Source: an uncultured Chloroflexia bacterium (GTDB lineage Bacteria; Chloroflexota; Dehalococcoidia; UBA2979). From it: a stretch of DNA of 64,000 nucleotides. Below the pieces are notes generated by a model. The model was not told the origin of the DNA. It was given only the letters and a program-made list of their open reading frames with translations, and ran no database searches. Numbering within the stretch: position 1 is the stretch's first letter; every line of letters begins with the position of its first letter. A program made the translations under genes and the position numbers. The stretch covers positions 896,001 through 960,000 of the forward strand of contig CAVSIV010000001.1 in NCBI GenBank assembly GCA_963728205.1. Direction: 5' to 3'. Below are positions 23,204 to 33,975 of this stretch, one piece after another.

Positions 23204-24745
23204 TTACAGCGGCAGGTTGCCGTGCTTCTTCGGCGGCTGGCTCTCCGCCTTGCCGCGCAGCATCTCCAGGGCGTGCGCGACCTTGCGGCGCGTCTCGCGC
23301 GGGTCGATCACGTCGTCCACGTACCCCTTGGCCGCGGCGATGTACGGGTGCTCGAGCCGCTCGACGTACTCGTCGACGAGGCGCTTCCGCGTCGTGTCGG
23401 GGTCGTCGGCCGACTGGATCTCGCGGCGGTTGATGATGTTCACGGCCTGGCTGCCGGCCATCACGGCGATCGCCGCGCCGGCCCAGGCGTAGTTCACGTC
23501 GGCGCCGAGGTGCTTCGAGCCCATCGCGTCGTAGGCGCCGCCGAACGCCTTGCGGAGGATGACCGTCACCTTCGGCACGGTCGCCGCCGAGTACGCGTAC
23601 ACGAGCTTTGCGCCGTGGGCGATGATCCCGCCGTACTCCTGCGAGATGCCCGGCAGGTAGCCCGGCACGTCCACCAGCGTCACGATCGGCACGTTGAACG
23701 CGTCGCAGAAGCGTACGAAGCGCGCGGCTTTCCGCGCCGAGTCGATGTCGAGCACGCCGCCGAGGTACATCGGCTGGTTCGCGACGAGGCCCACCGCCTG
23801 GCCGGCGATGCGCCCGAGCCCGACGACGATGTTCTGCGCGAAGAACTCGTGGACTTCCATGAACTCGCCGTGATCCACGAGGCGCTCGATCACGTCGCGA
23901 ATGTCGTAGGGCAGCGACGGATCGCCCGGGACGATCGAGAGGATGTCGTCCATGTCTCGGTCGGGCGAGTCGCCGGAGTCCTGGAACGGCGGGTCGTCCA
24001 TGTTGTTGGACGGGATGTACGAGAGCAGGCGTCGCACCTCCTCGAGGCACGCCTCCTCGCCGGCCACCGCGAAGTGAGCGACGCCGGACTTGCTGATGTG
24101 CGAGTGCGCGCCGCCGAGTTCCTCCATGGTCGTGACCTCCCCGGTCGCGCTCTGGATGACATCGGGGCCGGTGAGGAACATCTGGGAGGTGCCCTCGACC
24201 ATGAAGATGAAGTCGGTGAGGGCGGGCGAGTAAACGGCGCCGCCGGCGCACGGGCCCATGATCACGCTGATCTGCGGGATCACGCCCGACGCCTTCACGT
24301 TGCGGTGGAAGATCTCGCCGTAGCCGGCGAGCGAGGCGACGCCTTCCTGCAGGCGGGCACCGCCGGAGTCGTTGAGGCCGATCACGGGGACGCCGATCTT
24401 GAGCGCGAGGTCCATGACCTTCGCGATCTTGTCGCCGACGACCTCGCCCAGGGAGCCGCCGTAGACGGTGAAGTCCTGGGCGAAGACGCAGACCTGGCGA
24501 CCGTCGATCTTGCCCCAGCCGGTGACCACGGCGTCGCCGTGGAAGCGCTCGCCGTTGTCGCTGTTGCTGTCGACGGCGAGCGCGTCGATCTCTTCGAACG
24601 TCCCGGGGTCGAGCAGCGCCTCGAGGCGCTCGCGCGCGCTGAGCTTGCCGCGCGCGTGCTGTGCCTCGATGCGATCGGCGCCGCCGCCGAGGGCGGCGCG
24701 CGCCTTCAGCTGACCGAGGTATTCGAGCTTCTCCTCAATCGGCAT
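23204..24745 (-). CDS. Acyl-CoA carboxylase carboxyltransferase (PccB/MmdA type)
   Basis: GKLSARER, QDFTVYGGSLG, DSGGARLQEG, GPCAGGAVYSP, DVPGYLPG, KKHGNLPL. Confidence 0.93.
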   Translation of the reverse strand: MPIEEKLEYLGQLKARAALGGGADRIEAQHARGKLSARERLEALLDPGTFEEIDALAVDSNSDNGERFHGDAVVTGWGKIDGRQVCVFAQDFTVYGGSLGEVVGDKIAKVMDLALKIGVPVIGLNDSGGARLQEGVASLAGYGEIFHRNVKASGVIPQISVIMGPCAGGAVYSPALTDFIFMVEGTSQMFLTGPDVIQSATGEVTTMEELGGAHSHISKSGVAHFAVAGEEACLEEVRRLLSYIPSNNMDDPPFQDSGDSPDRDMDDILSIVPGDPSLPYDIRDVIERLVDHGEFMEVHEFFAQNIVVGLGRIAGQAVGLVANQPMYLGGVLDIDSARKAARFVRFCDAFNVPIVTLVDVPGYLPGISQEYGGIIAHGAKLVYAYSAATVPKVTVILRKAFGGAYDAMGSKHLGADVNYAWAGAAIAVMAGSQAVNIINRREIQSADDPDTTRKRLVDEYVERLEHPYIAAAKGYVDDVIDPRETRRKVAHALEMLRGKAESQPPKKHGNLPL

Positions 24746-24921
24746 GCGATCCAGCTTCCCGTCCTGCAGGCGAGCCGCCTCCGCGGGCCACCAGAGCACG
24801 GCCGGTAGTATCCGTGAGATCCGGGTGCTGCGCCACCGCGGGGCCGGCGGTCCGGCGGGCCCACCCGCGCGCCGTGCCGAGGTGATCCGATCAGTCGATC
24901 AACGGTTGTCGCGTGCCCGGC

Positions 24922-25509
24922 TCATGAGGTGGGGACCTGCAGCTGCTGCCCCTCGTGCAGGTTGTTGAGGTCGTCGACGGTCATGCCGTTCGCCGCCGCC
25001 AGCGCCTCGAGGGTCGTGTGGAACTGCCCCGCGATGGCGAGCGCCGTGTCGCCGGACTTCACGACGTACACCCGGGTGGAGCCGCCGCCGGCAGACGCGG
25101 TGGCCGTGGCCGTCGGGGTCGCCGGGCCCGCGGCGCCGCCCGTGTCCGCGGGTGAGCCGCTTCCGGCCGCGCCGGCGGCCGGGATGACCAGGTCCTGGCC
25201 CACGAAGATGTCCGACCCCGTCAGGTTGTTGCGCGCCTCGATCGCCTCCACGGTGGTGCCGAAGCGCGACGCGATGGCGAGCAGGCTGTCGCCGGCCTGG
25301 ACGGTGTAGCTGGTCTCCGGTCCGCTGCCGCCCACGGTCGCGGTCACGATCAGTGCGGGCGGCACGGTGGCGAACGGCGTCGCGGTGGGGATGCCGCCGG
25401 CGGGGACGGTGGGCGTCGGCGTGGCAGAGGAGCCGCCGCCGCAGCTCGCGGTCAGCGCGAGCGCCGCGACAAGGGTCAGCGCGCCGAGGTTACGGAGGCG
25501 AAGTCGCAT
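24922..25509 (-). CDS. Lipoprotein with two LysM domains
   Basis: Lipobox LTASC; YTVQAGDSLLAIASRFGTT and YVVKSGDTALAIAGQFHTT. Confidence 0.88.
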   Translation of the reverse strand: MRLRLRNLGALTLVAALALTASCGGGSSATPTPTVPAGGIPTATPFATVPPALIVTATVGGSGPETSYTVQAGDSLLAIASRFGTTVEAIEARNNLTGSDIFVGQDLVIPAAGAAGSGSPADTGGAAGPATPTATATASAGGGSTRVYVVKSGDTALAIAGQFHTTLEALAAANGMTVDDLNNLHEGQQLQVPTS

Positions 25510-25597
25510 AGGCCCGGATTCCGCGGGGAGGCGGTGGGTTGGCGCCGATCGTAAGGGCGGCCCGGGCGGGCGAACAAGGACGGGGCGATCCGGCTGC

Positions 25598-26029
25598 CTA
25601 GCGTGTCCGCCGGTGCGACGCCCACCAGCGCTGAAGGCGGGTCACGATCGTCGGGCGCGAGTAGCGGTAGGTGACCTGGCGCCCGCGCCAGCGGCCCTCG
25701 ACCGAGCGCGCCGAGCCGCGCGTGAACATCATGATCGCGAAGCTGCTGATGAAGAGCAGGACGCCCGCGTAGAGCACCCACTCCATGATCAGCGGGCTGA
25801 AGTCGCGGAAGAAGAACGAACCCAGGATCATCAGGAACGACACGAGCATGACCTGCGAGATCGAGATCCGCGAGAGCTCGCGCATCACGACGCGCTGGCG
25901 CTCGGAGACGGCAGCGCCGAAGCGACGCACCCAGCGCCTGCGCGTGCGCGCACGGCGCGTCTCGGGCGCCGGGAACTGCTCGATCTTGCCGAGGATCTCC
26001 TCGATCTCGCGCTCGAGACGATCGGACAT
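25598..26029 (-). CDS. Hypothetical two-TM membrane protein
   Basis: MSDRLEREIEEILGKIE, two hydrophobic helices, RWRGRQV; TGCTATACT -10 upstream. Confidence 0.7.
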   Translation of the reverse strand: MSDRLEREIEEILGKIEQFPAPETRRARTRRRWVRRFGAAVSERQRVVMRELSRISISQVMLVSFLMILGSFFFRDFSPLIMEWVLYAGVLLFISSFAIMMFTRGSARSVEGRWRGRQVTYRYSRPTIVTRLQRWWASHRRTR

Positions 26030-26145
26030 GGGGTGCCTGCCTGCCTGATCGGCGGCAGCGTGGTGATCCCCCGCCGATCGCTTGGAGTATAGCAATGGCG
26101 AGTCGGCGCGAGCGCGCAACCCATCCGGCGCGTTCGCCGAACGCG

Positions 26146-27717
26146 TCAGCCGGCGACGCCCCAGCCCCCGCCTCCGGGAGTCTCGACGCGCACCCGGTCG
26201 CCGGGGCCCACTTCCACCTGAGCGCGCGCGCCCAGGTCCTCCGTCGTCCCGTCGGCGCGGATCAGCGTGTTGCGACCGGTCGCCCCGGGCGCCCCACCGG
26301 CGAGGCCCCAGGGATGGAAGCGCCGCCGCTCCGTGACCAGCGACACCGTGGCCGCGCCGTCGAAGCGGTACTCGCGCACGACGCCGTCGCCTCCCGGGTG
26401 GAGCCCCGCGCCGCCGGTGCCGGCACGCAACTCGTAGCGCTCGACCGTGAAGGCGTAGGCGAGCGGCAGCGCCTCGACCGGCGTGTTCATCGTGTTCGTC
26501 ATATGCGTGTGGACACCCGATCGCCCGGCACGGCGCGGCCCGCCGCCGGCGCCGCCCGCGATCGTCTCGTAGTAGGCGTAGGACCGGCCGCGCGCCGCGT
26601 CGTACCCGCCGATCGTGATGTTGTTCATCGTGCCGGACGACGCCGCGGGGATGCGTCCGGGCAGCGCCTGCGCCAGCGCGCCGAGCGCGACGTCGGTGAT
26701 GCGCTGGCTCGTCTCGACGTTCCCGGCCGACACGGCCCGCGGCGGCCCGGCCGCGACCACGCTGCGCTCGGGGAGCGTGAAGCGGATCGGCCGGTAGCAG
26801 CCCTCGTTCGCCGGCGCGTCCGGGCCGGCGAGGCAGCGGATGGTGTAGTAGCAGGCCGACCGTGTGACGGCAGCGACGGCGTTGAGCGACGCGTCCGGCG
26901 TCTCCGGGTCGGTCCCCGTGAAGTCGAAGTGCGCCTCGTCGCCGGCGATCTCGAGCGCGAGGCGGATGGCGAGCCCGTCGGGGCCGACCTCCAGGCGATC
27001 CTCGAAGACATAACGGCCATCGGGGATGTCCGCGATCACCGCGCGGATCACGCGCTCGCCGTGCGCGAGCAGGGCGGCGAAGCGCGCCCGCAGCCCATCG
27101 ACGCCGAACCGCTCGGCGACGCCGACCAGCCGGCGCGCACCCAGCGCCGTCGACGCGAGCTGCGCGCGCAGGTCGCCCCGGCGCTCCTCCGGTGCGCGCG
27201 AGTTGCGCACGATCAGCGCGAAGGCCGACTCGTTCATGCGCCCGGACTCGACGAGCCGGATCGGCGGGATCACGAGCCCCTCCTGCAGCAGCTCGCGCGC
27301 GACCGGCATCGAGCCGGGCGCCATGCCGCCGATGTCGGCGTGGTGCGCGCGCGTGGCGGCGAAGCCGATCAGCGCGTCGCCGACGAAGACCGGCGCGACC
27401 GTCGTGAGGTCGGGGAGGTGCGTGCCGCCGCGAAACGGGTCGTTCAGCGCGAGCACGTCGCCGGGCGCGAACGGTGCGAGCTCCATCACCTGGCGGACGG
27501 CGGTCGGCATCGCCCCGAGGTGCACGGGCATGTGCGCGGCCTGCGCCACCATCTGGCCGCCGGCGTCGAAGACGGCGCACGAGAAGTCGCGCCGCTCCTT
27601 GATGTTGGGCGAGTAGGCGGTGCGGCCGAGCGCCTCGCCCATCTCCTCGGCGACCGAGGTGAGGACGGCGTCGGCGATCGCCAGATCGGCCGCGCCGAGG
27701 GCGGGTGGGTTCGTCAT
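26146..27717 (-). CDS. Hydantoinase B/oxoprolinase family protein
   Basis: RTAYSPNIKERRDFSCA, HMPVHLG, NDPFRGGTHLPD, HHADIGG, AGNVETSQR, TPGGGGWG. Confidence 0.92.
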   Translation of the reverse strand: MTNPPALGAADLAIADAVLTSVAEEMGEALGRTAYSPNIKERRDFSCAVFDAGGQMVAQAAHMPVHLGAMPTAVRQVMELAPFAPGDVLALNDPFRGGTHLPDLTTVAPVFVGDALIGFAATRAHHADIGGMAPGSMPVARELLQEGLVIPPIRLVESGRMNESAFALIVRNSRAPEERRGDLRAQLASTALGARRLVGVAERFGVDGLRARFAALLAHGERVIRAVIADIPDGRYVFEDRLEVGPDGLAIRLALEIAGDEAHFDFTGTDPETPDASLNAVAAVTRSACYYTIRCLAGPDAPANEGCYRPIRFTLPERSVVAAGPPRAVSAGNVETSQRITDVALGALAQALPGRIPAASSGTMNNITIGGYDAARGRSYAYYETIAGGAGGGPRRAGRSGVHTHMTNTMNTPVEALPLAYAFTVERYELRAGTGGAGLHPGGDGVVREYRFDGAATVSLVTERRRFHPWGLAGGAPGATGRNTLIRADGTTEDLGARAQVEVGPGDRVRVETPGGGGWGVAG

Positions 27718-29705
27718 GCGCGCTCCAGCACCAGGTTGCCGGCGGCGTCGACCGTGCCGCGCCAGCCGGGCGCGATCAACGTGGTGGTGTCCAGCTGCGT
27801 CACGATCGCGGGGGCGTCGAGCTCGTCGCCGGGACGCAGCGCGTCCCGCCGGTAGACGGTCGCGCGGTGGCGCACGCCGTCGATCCAGGTGTCGGCGTGT
27901 CCGGTCGCGCGCACGCCGGCGTCGCCGGCGGCGGCGAAGTCGGGGCGCGGCGGCGCGCGGTGCGCCGGCACGCGGCCGAGCGCGCGCACGTTCACCACCT
28001 CCACCGGCGCCGCGGGGTCGGACTGCGCGAAGCGCTGCTCGTGCAGCGCGTGGAAGGCGTCCCCGGCCGCTGCGAGGCCGCCGTCGCGGTCGTCGTCGTC
28101 GACCTCGACCGTCAGCTCGTACGACTGGCCGCGGTAGCGCAGGTCGAGCGCCGGGGTGACCTCCGTCACCGGCGCATCGAGCTCCGCGCGCACCTCGTCG
28201 CCGACGGCGTCGAGCGCCTCGCCGATCGCCGCGAAGGACGTCGGCTCGAGCGGCAGCAGCACCGAGCGCGTGCGCGTCGCGGTGAGGTCGCTCCACACCG
28301 CGCCCTGCGCGGCGAGCACGCCGGGGAGCAGCGGGACGAGCACGCGGGGCATCGCGAGCGCGTCGGCGAGCGCGCACGCGTGCAGCGGCCCGGCCCCGCC
28401 GAACGCGACGAGCGTGAACTCGCGCGGGTCGTGCCCGCGCTGCACGGAGACGACGCGCAGCGCGCGCTCCATGTTCGCCGTCGCGACCTCCACGACGGCC
28501 TGCGCGGCGTGCTCGGCGCTCCCGTCGAACGCCGCGAGCAGCGGCTCGGCCGCGCGGCGCGCGCGCTCGGCGTCGAGCGCCATGCGGCCGTCGAGCAGAC
28601 CGGCGGCGCCGAGCCGCCCGAGCACCACCTGCGCGTCGGTCACGGTGAAGGCGTCGCCGCGGCCGTAGCAGGCGGGGCCGGGGTCGGCGCCGGCGGACTG
28701 CGGGCCGACGCGCAGCGCGCCGCCGGCGTCGATCCGCGCGATCGAGCCGCCGCCGGCGCCGACCGTGTGCACGTCGACGACCGGCGTGCGCGCGGGGAAG
28801 CCGCCGACGCTGACGTCGGGGCGTCGCGGCACGGCGCCGTCGCACAGCGCGACGTCGGTCGAGGTGCCGCCCATGTCGAACGTGAGCACGCGGTCGTAGC
28901 CCGCGGCGCGCGCCACCGCGAACGCGCCGGCCACGCCGGCGGACGGCCCGGAGAGCAGCGTCGCGACCGGGAGCCGCGAGGCGCGCTCGACGTCGGCCGC
29001 GCCGCCGTCGGACTGCACGATGCGCAGCGGCCCGGCGTCTCGCGCGTGCAGCCCCTCCGAGAGCCGCCCCAGGTAGCGCGACATCACGGGGCCGACGTAC
29101 GCGTTGAGCACCGTGGTCGCCGTGCGCTCGACCTCGCGGTACTCGGGCGAGACCTCCGAGGAGAGCGACAGGTAGAGGTCGGGCGCGGCCGCGGCGACGA
29201 CCGGCGCGAACAGCGCCTCGAAGGTCGGGTTCACGTACGAGTAGAGGAGCGAGACGGCGAGCGCCTCGGCGCCGGCCTCGCGGGCGGCATGCACGAGCGC
29301 GCGCACCTCGGAGTGGTCGAGCGTCTCCTCGACCGAGCCGTCGGGGCGCAGGCGGCCGTGCAGCTCGAAGGTGCGGTCACGCGGGACCAGCGGTTCGGGG
29401 GTCTCCGGCTCGAGGTCGTAGATGTCGGGCCGCGTCTGGCGGCCGATCGCGAGCAGGTCGCGAAAGCCGGCGGTCGTGACGAGCGCCGTGGGCGCGCCCT
29501 TCCGCTCCAGCACCGCGTTCGTCGCGACGGTCGAGCCGTGCACGAGCAGGTCGGGTCGCACGCCGAGCTCGTCGAGCCCCGCGAGCACCGCGCGCGACGG
29601 GTCGCCGGGCGTGGACGGCCGCTTGTGCGCGCGGAACGCGCCGTCCTCCCACACGAGGAAGTCCGTGAACGTCCCGCCGACGTCGACGCCGAGGAGGAGG
29701 GTCAT
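27714..29705 (-). CDS. Hydantoinase A/oxoprolinase family protein
   Basis: DVGGTFTD, HGSTVATNA, DMGGTSTD, GAGGGSIA, SAGADPGPACY, FGGAGPLH. Confidence 0.92.
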   Translation of the reverse strand: MTLLLGVDVGGTFTDFLVWEDGAFRAHKRPSTPGDPSRAVLAGLDELGVRPDLLVHGSTVATNAVLERKGAPTALVTTAGFRDLLAIGRQTRPDIYDLEPETPEPLVPRDRTFELHGRLRPDGSVEETLDHSEVRALVHAAREAGAEALAVSLLYSYVNPTFEALFAPVVAAAAPDLYLSLSSEVSPEYREVERTATTVLNAYVGPVMSRYLGRLSEGLHARDAGPLRIVQSDGGAADVERASRLPVATLLSGPSAGVAGAFAVARAAGYDRVLTFDMGGTSTDVALCDGAVPRRPDVSVGGFPARTPVVDVHTVGAGGGSIARIDAGGALRVGPQSAGADPGPACYGRGDAFTVTDAQVVLGRLGAAGLLDGRMALDAERARRAAEPLLAAFDGSAEHAAQAVVEVATANMERALRVVSVQRGHDPREFTLVAFGGAGPLHACALADALAMPRVLVPLLPGVLAAQGAVWSDLTATRTRSVLLPLEPTSFAAIGEALDAVGDEVRAELDAPVTEVTPALDLRYRGQSYELTVEVDDDDRDGGLAAAGDAFHALHEQRFAQSDPAAPVEVVNVRALGRVPAHRAPPRPDFAAAGDAGVRATGHADTWIDGVRHRATVYRRDALRPGDELDAPAIVTQLDTTTLIAPGWRGTVDAAGNLVLERA

Positions 29706-29733
29706 CGGCGCGATGGTACCGGGTGCGCTCGTC

Positions 29734-30555
29734 CTAGAGGCGGGGGGACACCACCAGGTCGTCGCGGTAGCGCTTCACGATCGCGCCGCCGAAGCGGGTG
29801 TCGATGATTGCGGCGATGCAGCCGAGCAGTCCGTCGCGGCGGTTCGCAGGCAGATCGCGGTGGCCCGAGTACGTGTTCAGCACGTCGAGATACTGCCGCG
29901 TCGTGTATGGGATGTCCTGGTGGTAGAGGCGCACCGTGGGCTCACCGAACAGGCCCGAGGCGGCGAACCCTGCGGTCACGGCCGGGAGCGCGGCGCTCTC
30001 CTGCAGGCGCAGCGTCGCGTCGTCGCCCATCCATCGCGCGTAGCAGCCCTCCTGGATATCGACGAAGAACTGGCTCGTCCCGCCCTCGACGTGGCGCGTG
30101 TCGATTACCGCCAGGTGGCCGCCCCGGCGCAGCGCCCGCGCCGCGCGGACGAAGCCGGTCGCGGGGTCGATCCAGTGCCACGCGGTCGCGGCCAGGACGA
30201 GGTCGAACGGCTCGGCCGGCAGCGGCCACTCCTCGAACGTGGCGACGTGCACGGTGCAGCGCGGGTAGGGGGCGAGCTTCGCGCGCGCGACCGCCGCCAT
30301 CTCCATGCCCAGTTCGACCGCGGTCACGGCGAAGCCGCGGCGCGCGAGGGGCAGCGTCGCCTGCCCGGCGCCGGGGCCGATCTCAAGGATGCGCGCGCCC
30401 TCGCGCAGCCCGGCGAGCGCGACGAGGTCGTCGAAGAGCGCGTCGGGGTAGCCGGGTCGGGCGCGGTCGTACAGGTCCGCGGCCTCCGTGAAGCGGGCGC
30501 GGAGGCGCGTGCGATCTGCGTCGGCGGAGTCGGAGGCGTCGAGGGCGTCGGGCAT
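29734..30555 (-). CDS. Class I SAM-dependent methyltransferase
   Basis: YDRARPGYP, LEIGPGAGQAT, FDLVLAATAWHW. Confidence 0.85.
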   Translation of the reverse strand: MPDALDASDSADADRTRLRARFTEAADLYDRARPGYPDALFDDLVALAGLREGARILEIGPGAGQATLPLARRGFAVTAVELGMEMAAVARAKLAPYPRCTVHVATFEEWPLPAEPFDLVLAATAWHWIDPATGFVRAARALRRGGHLAVIDTRHVEGGTSQFFVDIQEGCYARWMGDDATLRLQESAALPAVTAGFAASGLFGEPTVRLYHQDIPYTTRQYLDVLNTYSGHRDLPANRRDGLLGCIAAIIDTRFGGAIVKRYRDDLVVSPRL

Positions 30556-30714
30556 GGGGCGCTCCGGCGAGCGGCGAGACTCACCCTGCCGAGTCGGCGA
30601 AGTCGTCGCTCGGCACGATCAGTCCGGCCGCGCGACGCAGAGGCGGTCGCGCACGATACGCTTTCTCGACGTGCCGTGTGCCGTCGCACCGCGCACGCCG
30701 GGGGGGACCGCATC

Positions 30715-32382
30715 GTGGTCATCGCGCTCTACGTCGCGGACGTGGCGAAGTCGTTCGCGGGGCGGCCCGTGCTCGAGGGGGTCTCGTGGGAGATCCCGGA
30801 GCACGACGTCGTCGGGCTCGTCGGGCCGAACGGGGCCGGCAAGTCGACGCTGCTCAAGATCATCGCCGGCATCGACGACGCCGACGGCGGGACGGTGTCG
30901 TTGCAGCCGGGCGTCACCGTCGGCTACCTGCCGCAGGAGCCGGCGCTCGACCCGTCGCGCACGATCCTCGAGGAGGTGCTGGCGGCGCACGAGGCGCTCG
31001 CGACGCTCGAGGCCGAGATGGCGCGCCTGGAGGCGCGCATGGGCGACCCGGCGGTTTACGGCGACGCGGACGCGCTCGCCGCCGTGATGGAGCAGCACGC
31101 GGCGGCGGTTGCGCGCTTCGAGCACCTCGACGGGCGCGGCTACCGCGGCCGCGTCGAGCGCACGCTGCGCCGGCTCGGCTTCGCGCCCGAGGACTTCGAC
31201 CGCTCGACCGTCGGGCTGAGCGGCGGCGAGAAGAAGCTCGTCGCGCTGGCGCGGCTGCTCGTAACGCGGCCGGCGGTGCTGCTGCTCGACGAGCCCGACA
31301 ACCACCTCGATCTGCGCGGCAAGGCACTGCTCGAGCGCGTGATCGCGGAGCACCCGGCTTCGGTGGGCGGCGGCGCGGTCGTGCTGATCTCGCACGACCG
31401 CTACCTGCTCGACGTCGTCTGCGACGCGATCGCCGAGGTGCAGCCCGCGGGGCAGCACCCCGGGCGGCCGCAGCTGTCGGTGTTCGCGGGGAACTACTCG
31501 GAGTACATGGCGGAGAAGCGGCTCGCGCTGGAGCAGCAGGAGAAGCTGCACGTCGTGCAGGAGCGCGAGGCGCAGCGGCTGCAGCGGTCGATTCTGCGGC
31601 TGAAGGACTTCTCGTCGGGCGGGCAGAACGAGAAGATCGTGCGCCGCTGGAAGAGCATGGAGAAGCGCCTCGAGAAGCTGCCGCGCACCGAGCGGCCGAT
31701 CCTCGAGCCGCGCCGCATGGGGCTCGAGCTCACCGCGGAGCGCGGCAGCAAGCGCGCGCTGGAGCTGATCGGCGTGCGCCGCGCCTTCGGCGAGCACGAG
31801 GTGCTCGCCGGCGTGGACCTGCTGCTGCTCGCCGGCGACCGCGTCGGGCTCGTTGGCCCGAACGGCGCGGGGAAGTCGGTGCTGTTCCGCGTCGCGCTCG
31901 GCCAGGACGAGCCGGATGAGGGCGCGGTGAAGACCGGCCCGAGCGTCACGGTCGGCTACTACGCGCAGGAGCACGAGACGCTCGACCCCGACCGCAGCGC
32001 CGTCGACCACGTGCGGCGCGGCCAGGCGATGACCGAGGGCGACGCGGTCGCGTTCCTGGGCCGCTTCCTGTTCGACTGGGACACCGCGCGCAAGCCGATC
32101 CGCACGCTGAGCGGCGGCGAGAAGAGCCGCGTGCAGCTGGCATTGCTGATGCAGGCGCAGCCGAACCTGCTGATGCTCGACGAGCCGACGAACAACCTCG
32201 ACGTGGCGTCGTGCGAGGTGCTCGAGGACGCGCTGGAGGACTACCCCGGCACGGTGCTTGCGATCTCGCACGACCGGTACTTCCTGGAGCGGACCGCCGC
32301 GCGCGTGGTGGAGCTGGAGGCGGGGCGGCTGGTGGAGTACGGCGGCGGCTACCCCGAGTACCGGGGGCTGCACGCGGACTGA
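30715..32382 (+). CDS. ABC-F family ribosome-associated ATPase
   Basis: Two NBDs (GPNGAGKS, LSGGEK, LDEP, ISHDRY each twice) and no TM domain. Confidence 0.92.
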   Translation: MVIALYVADVAKSFAGRPVLEGVSWEIPEHDVVGLVGPNGAGKSTLLKIIAGIDDADGGTVSLQPGVTVGYLPQEPALDPSRTILEEVLAAHEALATLEAEMARLEARMGDPAVYGDADALAAVMEQHAAAVARFEHLDGRGYRGRVERTLRRLGFAPEDFDRSTVGLSGGEKKLVALARLLVTRPAVLLLDEPDNHLDLRGKALLERVIAEHPASVGGGAVVLISHDRYLLDVVCDAIAEVQPAGQHPGRPQLSVFAGNYSEYMAEKRLALEQQEKLHVVQEREAQRLQRSILRLKDFSSGGQNEKIVRRWKSMEKRLEKLPRTERPILEPRRMGLELTAERGSKRALELIGVRRAFGEHEVLAGVDLLLLAGDRVGLVGPNGAGKSVLFRVALGQDEPDEGAVKTGPSVTVGYYAQEHETLDPDRSAVDHVRRGQAMTEGDAVAFLGRFLFDWDTARKPIRTLSGGEKSRVQLALLMQAQPNLLMLDEPTNNLDVASCEVLEDALEDYPGTVLAISHDRYFLERTAARVVELEAGRLVEYGGGYPEYRGLHAD

Positions 32383-32501
32383 CGTCGCACCGGTCCGCGC
32401 CGATCCGCGACGAACGGCCCCGCGTCAGCGGGCTGAACAGCTCGCGCGCGCGAGTGAATCGGTTCGACCGGCGCCGCTCGAACGCGACCACTGGAGCCGC
32501 G

Positions 32502-33266
32502 CTATCTCAGGATCAGCACCGCCGACACCAGCACCGAGTACGCGACGATCGCGATGCGCAGCACGCCCGGGCTGAAGTTGCGCGCCACGCGCACGCCGAG
32601 ATAGCCGCCGAGCAGCGCCGCGACGGCCATCACGATGGCGGCCGGCCACTGCACGGGGCCGAACACGGCGAACCACGCGACGGCGATGGCGTTGATCACC
32701 GCGGACATCACCCCCTTCAGCGCGTTCGAGTTGTGGAGCTGGTCGGGCAGCAGCACGCCGAGTACCGCCAGCGTGATCGTCCCGAGCCCGGCGCCGAAGT
32801 ACGCGCCGTACACCGCGAGCACGAAGACCGCTACGTAGAGCTCGGCGGTCACGCGGCCGCTTTCGTGGCGCGCGACGCCGCGCAGCCGGGCGGCGATGAG
32901 CGAGATGCGCGGCTGGAACGCGAGCACGGCCGCGCCGAACAGGATCAGGTAGGGGACGAGTGCCTTGAACGCCGACTCGGGCGTGCTGAGCAGGATGATC
33001 GAGCCGGCGATCGCCCCGAGGATGCTCGGCACCGCGAGCCGGGCGATCGTCCCGCGTTGCGGCGCGAGCTGGGCGCGGTAGCCGATCGACCCGCCGACGT
33101 ACCCCGGCCAGAGCGCGGTCGTGTTCGTGACGTTCGCGGCCTTGGCCGGGTAGCCGGCGGCCAGCAGCGCGGGGAACGAGATGAGCGACCCGCCGCCGGC
33201 GACGCCGTTGATGCCGCCGGCGATGAACGCCGCGGCCGCAAGGAACACCGCCTGCCCGAGGTGCAC
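32502..33266 (-). CDS. TauE/SafE family sulfite exporter-like membrane protein
   Basis: INGVAGGGSLISFPAL, ANVTNT, YGAYFGAGLG, NALK. Confidence 0.88.
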   Translation of the reverse strand: MHLGQAVFLAAAAFIAGGINGVAGGGSLISFPALLAAGYPAKAANVTNTTALWPGYVGGSIGYRAQLAPQRGTIARLAVPSILGAIAGSIILLSTPESAFKALVPYLILFGAAVLAFQPRISLIAARLRGVARHESGRVTAELYVAVFVLAVYGAYFGAGLGTITLAVLGVLLPDQLHNSNALKGVMSAVINAIAVAWFAVFGPVQWPAAIVMAVAALLGGYLGVRVARNFSPGVLRIAIVAYSVLVSAVLILR

Positions 33267-33307
33267 CGCGCCTCCCGCCTCCCGGGACTGCTTCGCATCC
33301 GACGACT

Positions 33308-33382
33308 GCTTCGAGCGGCGCCCCAGGGCGCCGGTCGTCCCGGCCGCGAACGACCGGCACGCTGACCGCGCGCCGCTCGAAC
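33308..33382. repeat. Family A palindromic element
   Basis: GCTTCGAGCGGCGC...GCGCCGCTCGAA ends with an internal GCCGGTCG/CGACCGGC stem. Confidence 0.8.
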
Positions 33383-33537
33383 CGCCTGGTTGGCCGGCGC
33401 CGAGTCACCGCGGTCGGGGGAGTGTCGGTGAGGGGCCGCAGCCTGGCAAGCGAGCAGGTGCGAGGCGGGGACGGGGTACCCTCGTAGCGGCCCTGGAATC
33501 GGCCACCGGGGTCGAGAGCGGGCGGGGAGGGGTGCCG

Positions 33538-33975
33538 ATGTTCTTCCTGCCCGGGCGCGGGAGCCCGGCCGAGCGGCTCCTGGCGTTCGTGATCTGGTGG
33601 GCGATCCTCGCCGCGTCCGTGTGGGCCGCGGCCTACCTCGTCGCCGGCATCCACCTCGACGGCTGGGAGAGCACGGCGATCGTCGCGCTCATCGTCGGCC
33701 TGCTGAACGTGCTGATCCGGCCCGTGCTGTTCACCCTGACGTTCCCCGCGACGATCGTCACGCTCGGCGCGTGGCGCATCGTCGCCGGCGCGCTGATCAA
33801 CGCCGTGCTGCTGTGGGTCGCCGACCGGGTTGCGCAGCAGTACCCGCAGCTGCACTACCACCTCGACCGCTTCCTCTGGGACGCGATCCTCGGGGGCATC
33901 ATCATCAGCGTCGTCGGGTGGGTGCTCGGGATGTTCTTCAGCCCACGGCGGATGGCGCGCCGGATGATGGGCTAG
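33538..33975 (+). CDS. YvlD/DUF360 four-TM membrane protein
   Basis: LLNVLIRPVL...TFPATIVTLG...INAVLLW. Confidence 0.82.
   Translation: MFFLPGRGSPAERLLAFVIWWAILAASVWAAAYLVAGIHLDGWESTAIVALIVGLLNVLIRPVLFTLTFPATIVTLGAWRIVAGALINAVLLWVADRVAQQYPQLHYHLDRFLWDAILGGIIISVVGWVLGMFFSPRRMARRMMG

Noticed and set aside
30715-32382. Antibiotic-resistance ABC-F with leader peptide
   Set aside because: No convincing short leader ORF or attenuator upstream, and the subfamily cannot be assigned without HMMs.
33538-33975. Prophage, suggested by the holin-like family name
   Set aside because: YvlD-type genes are common chromosomal genes and no phage genes are nearby.
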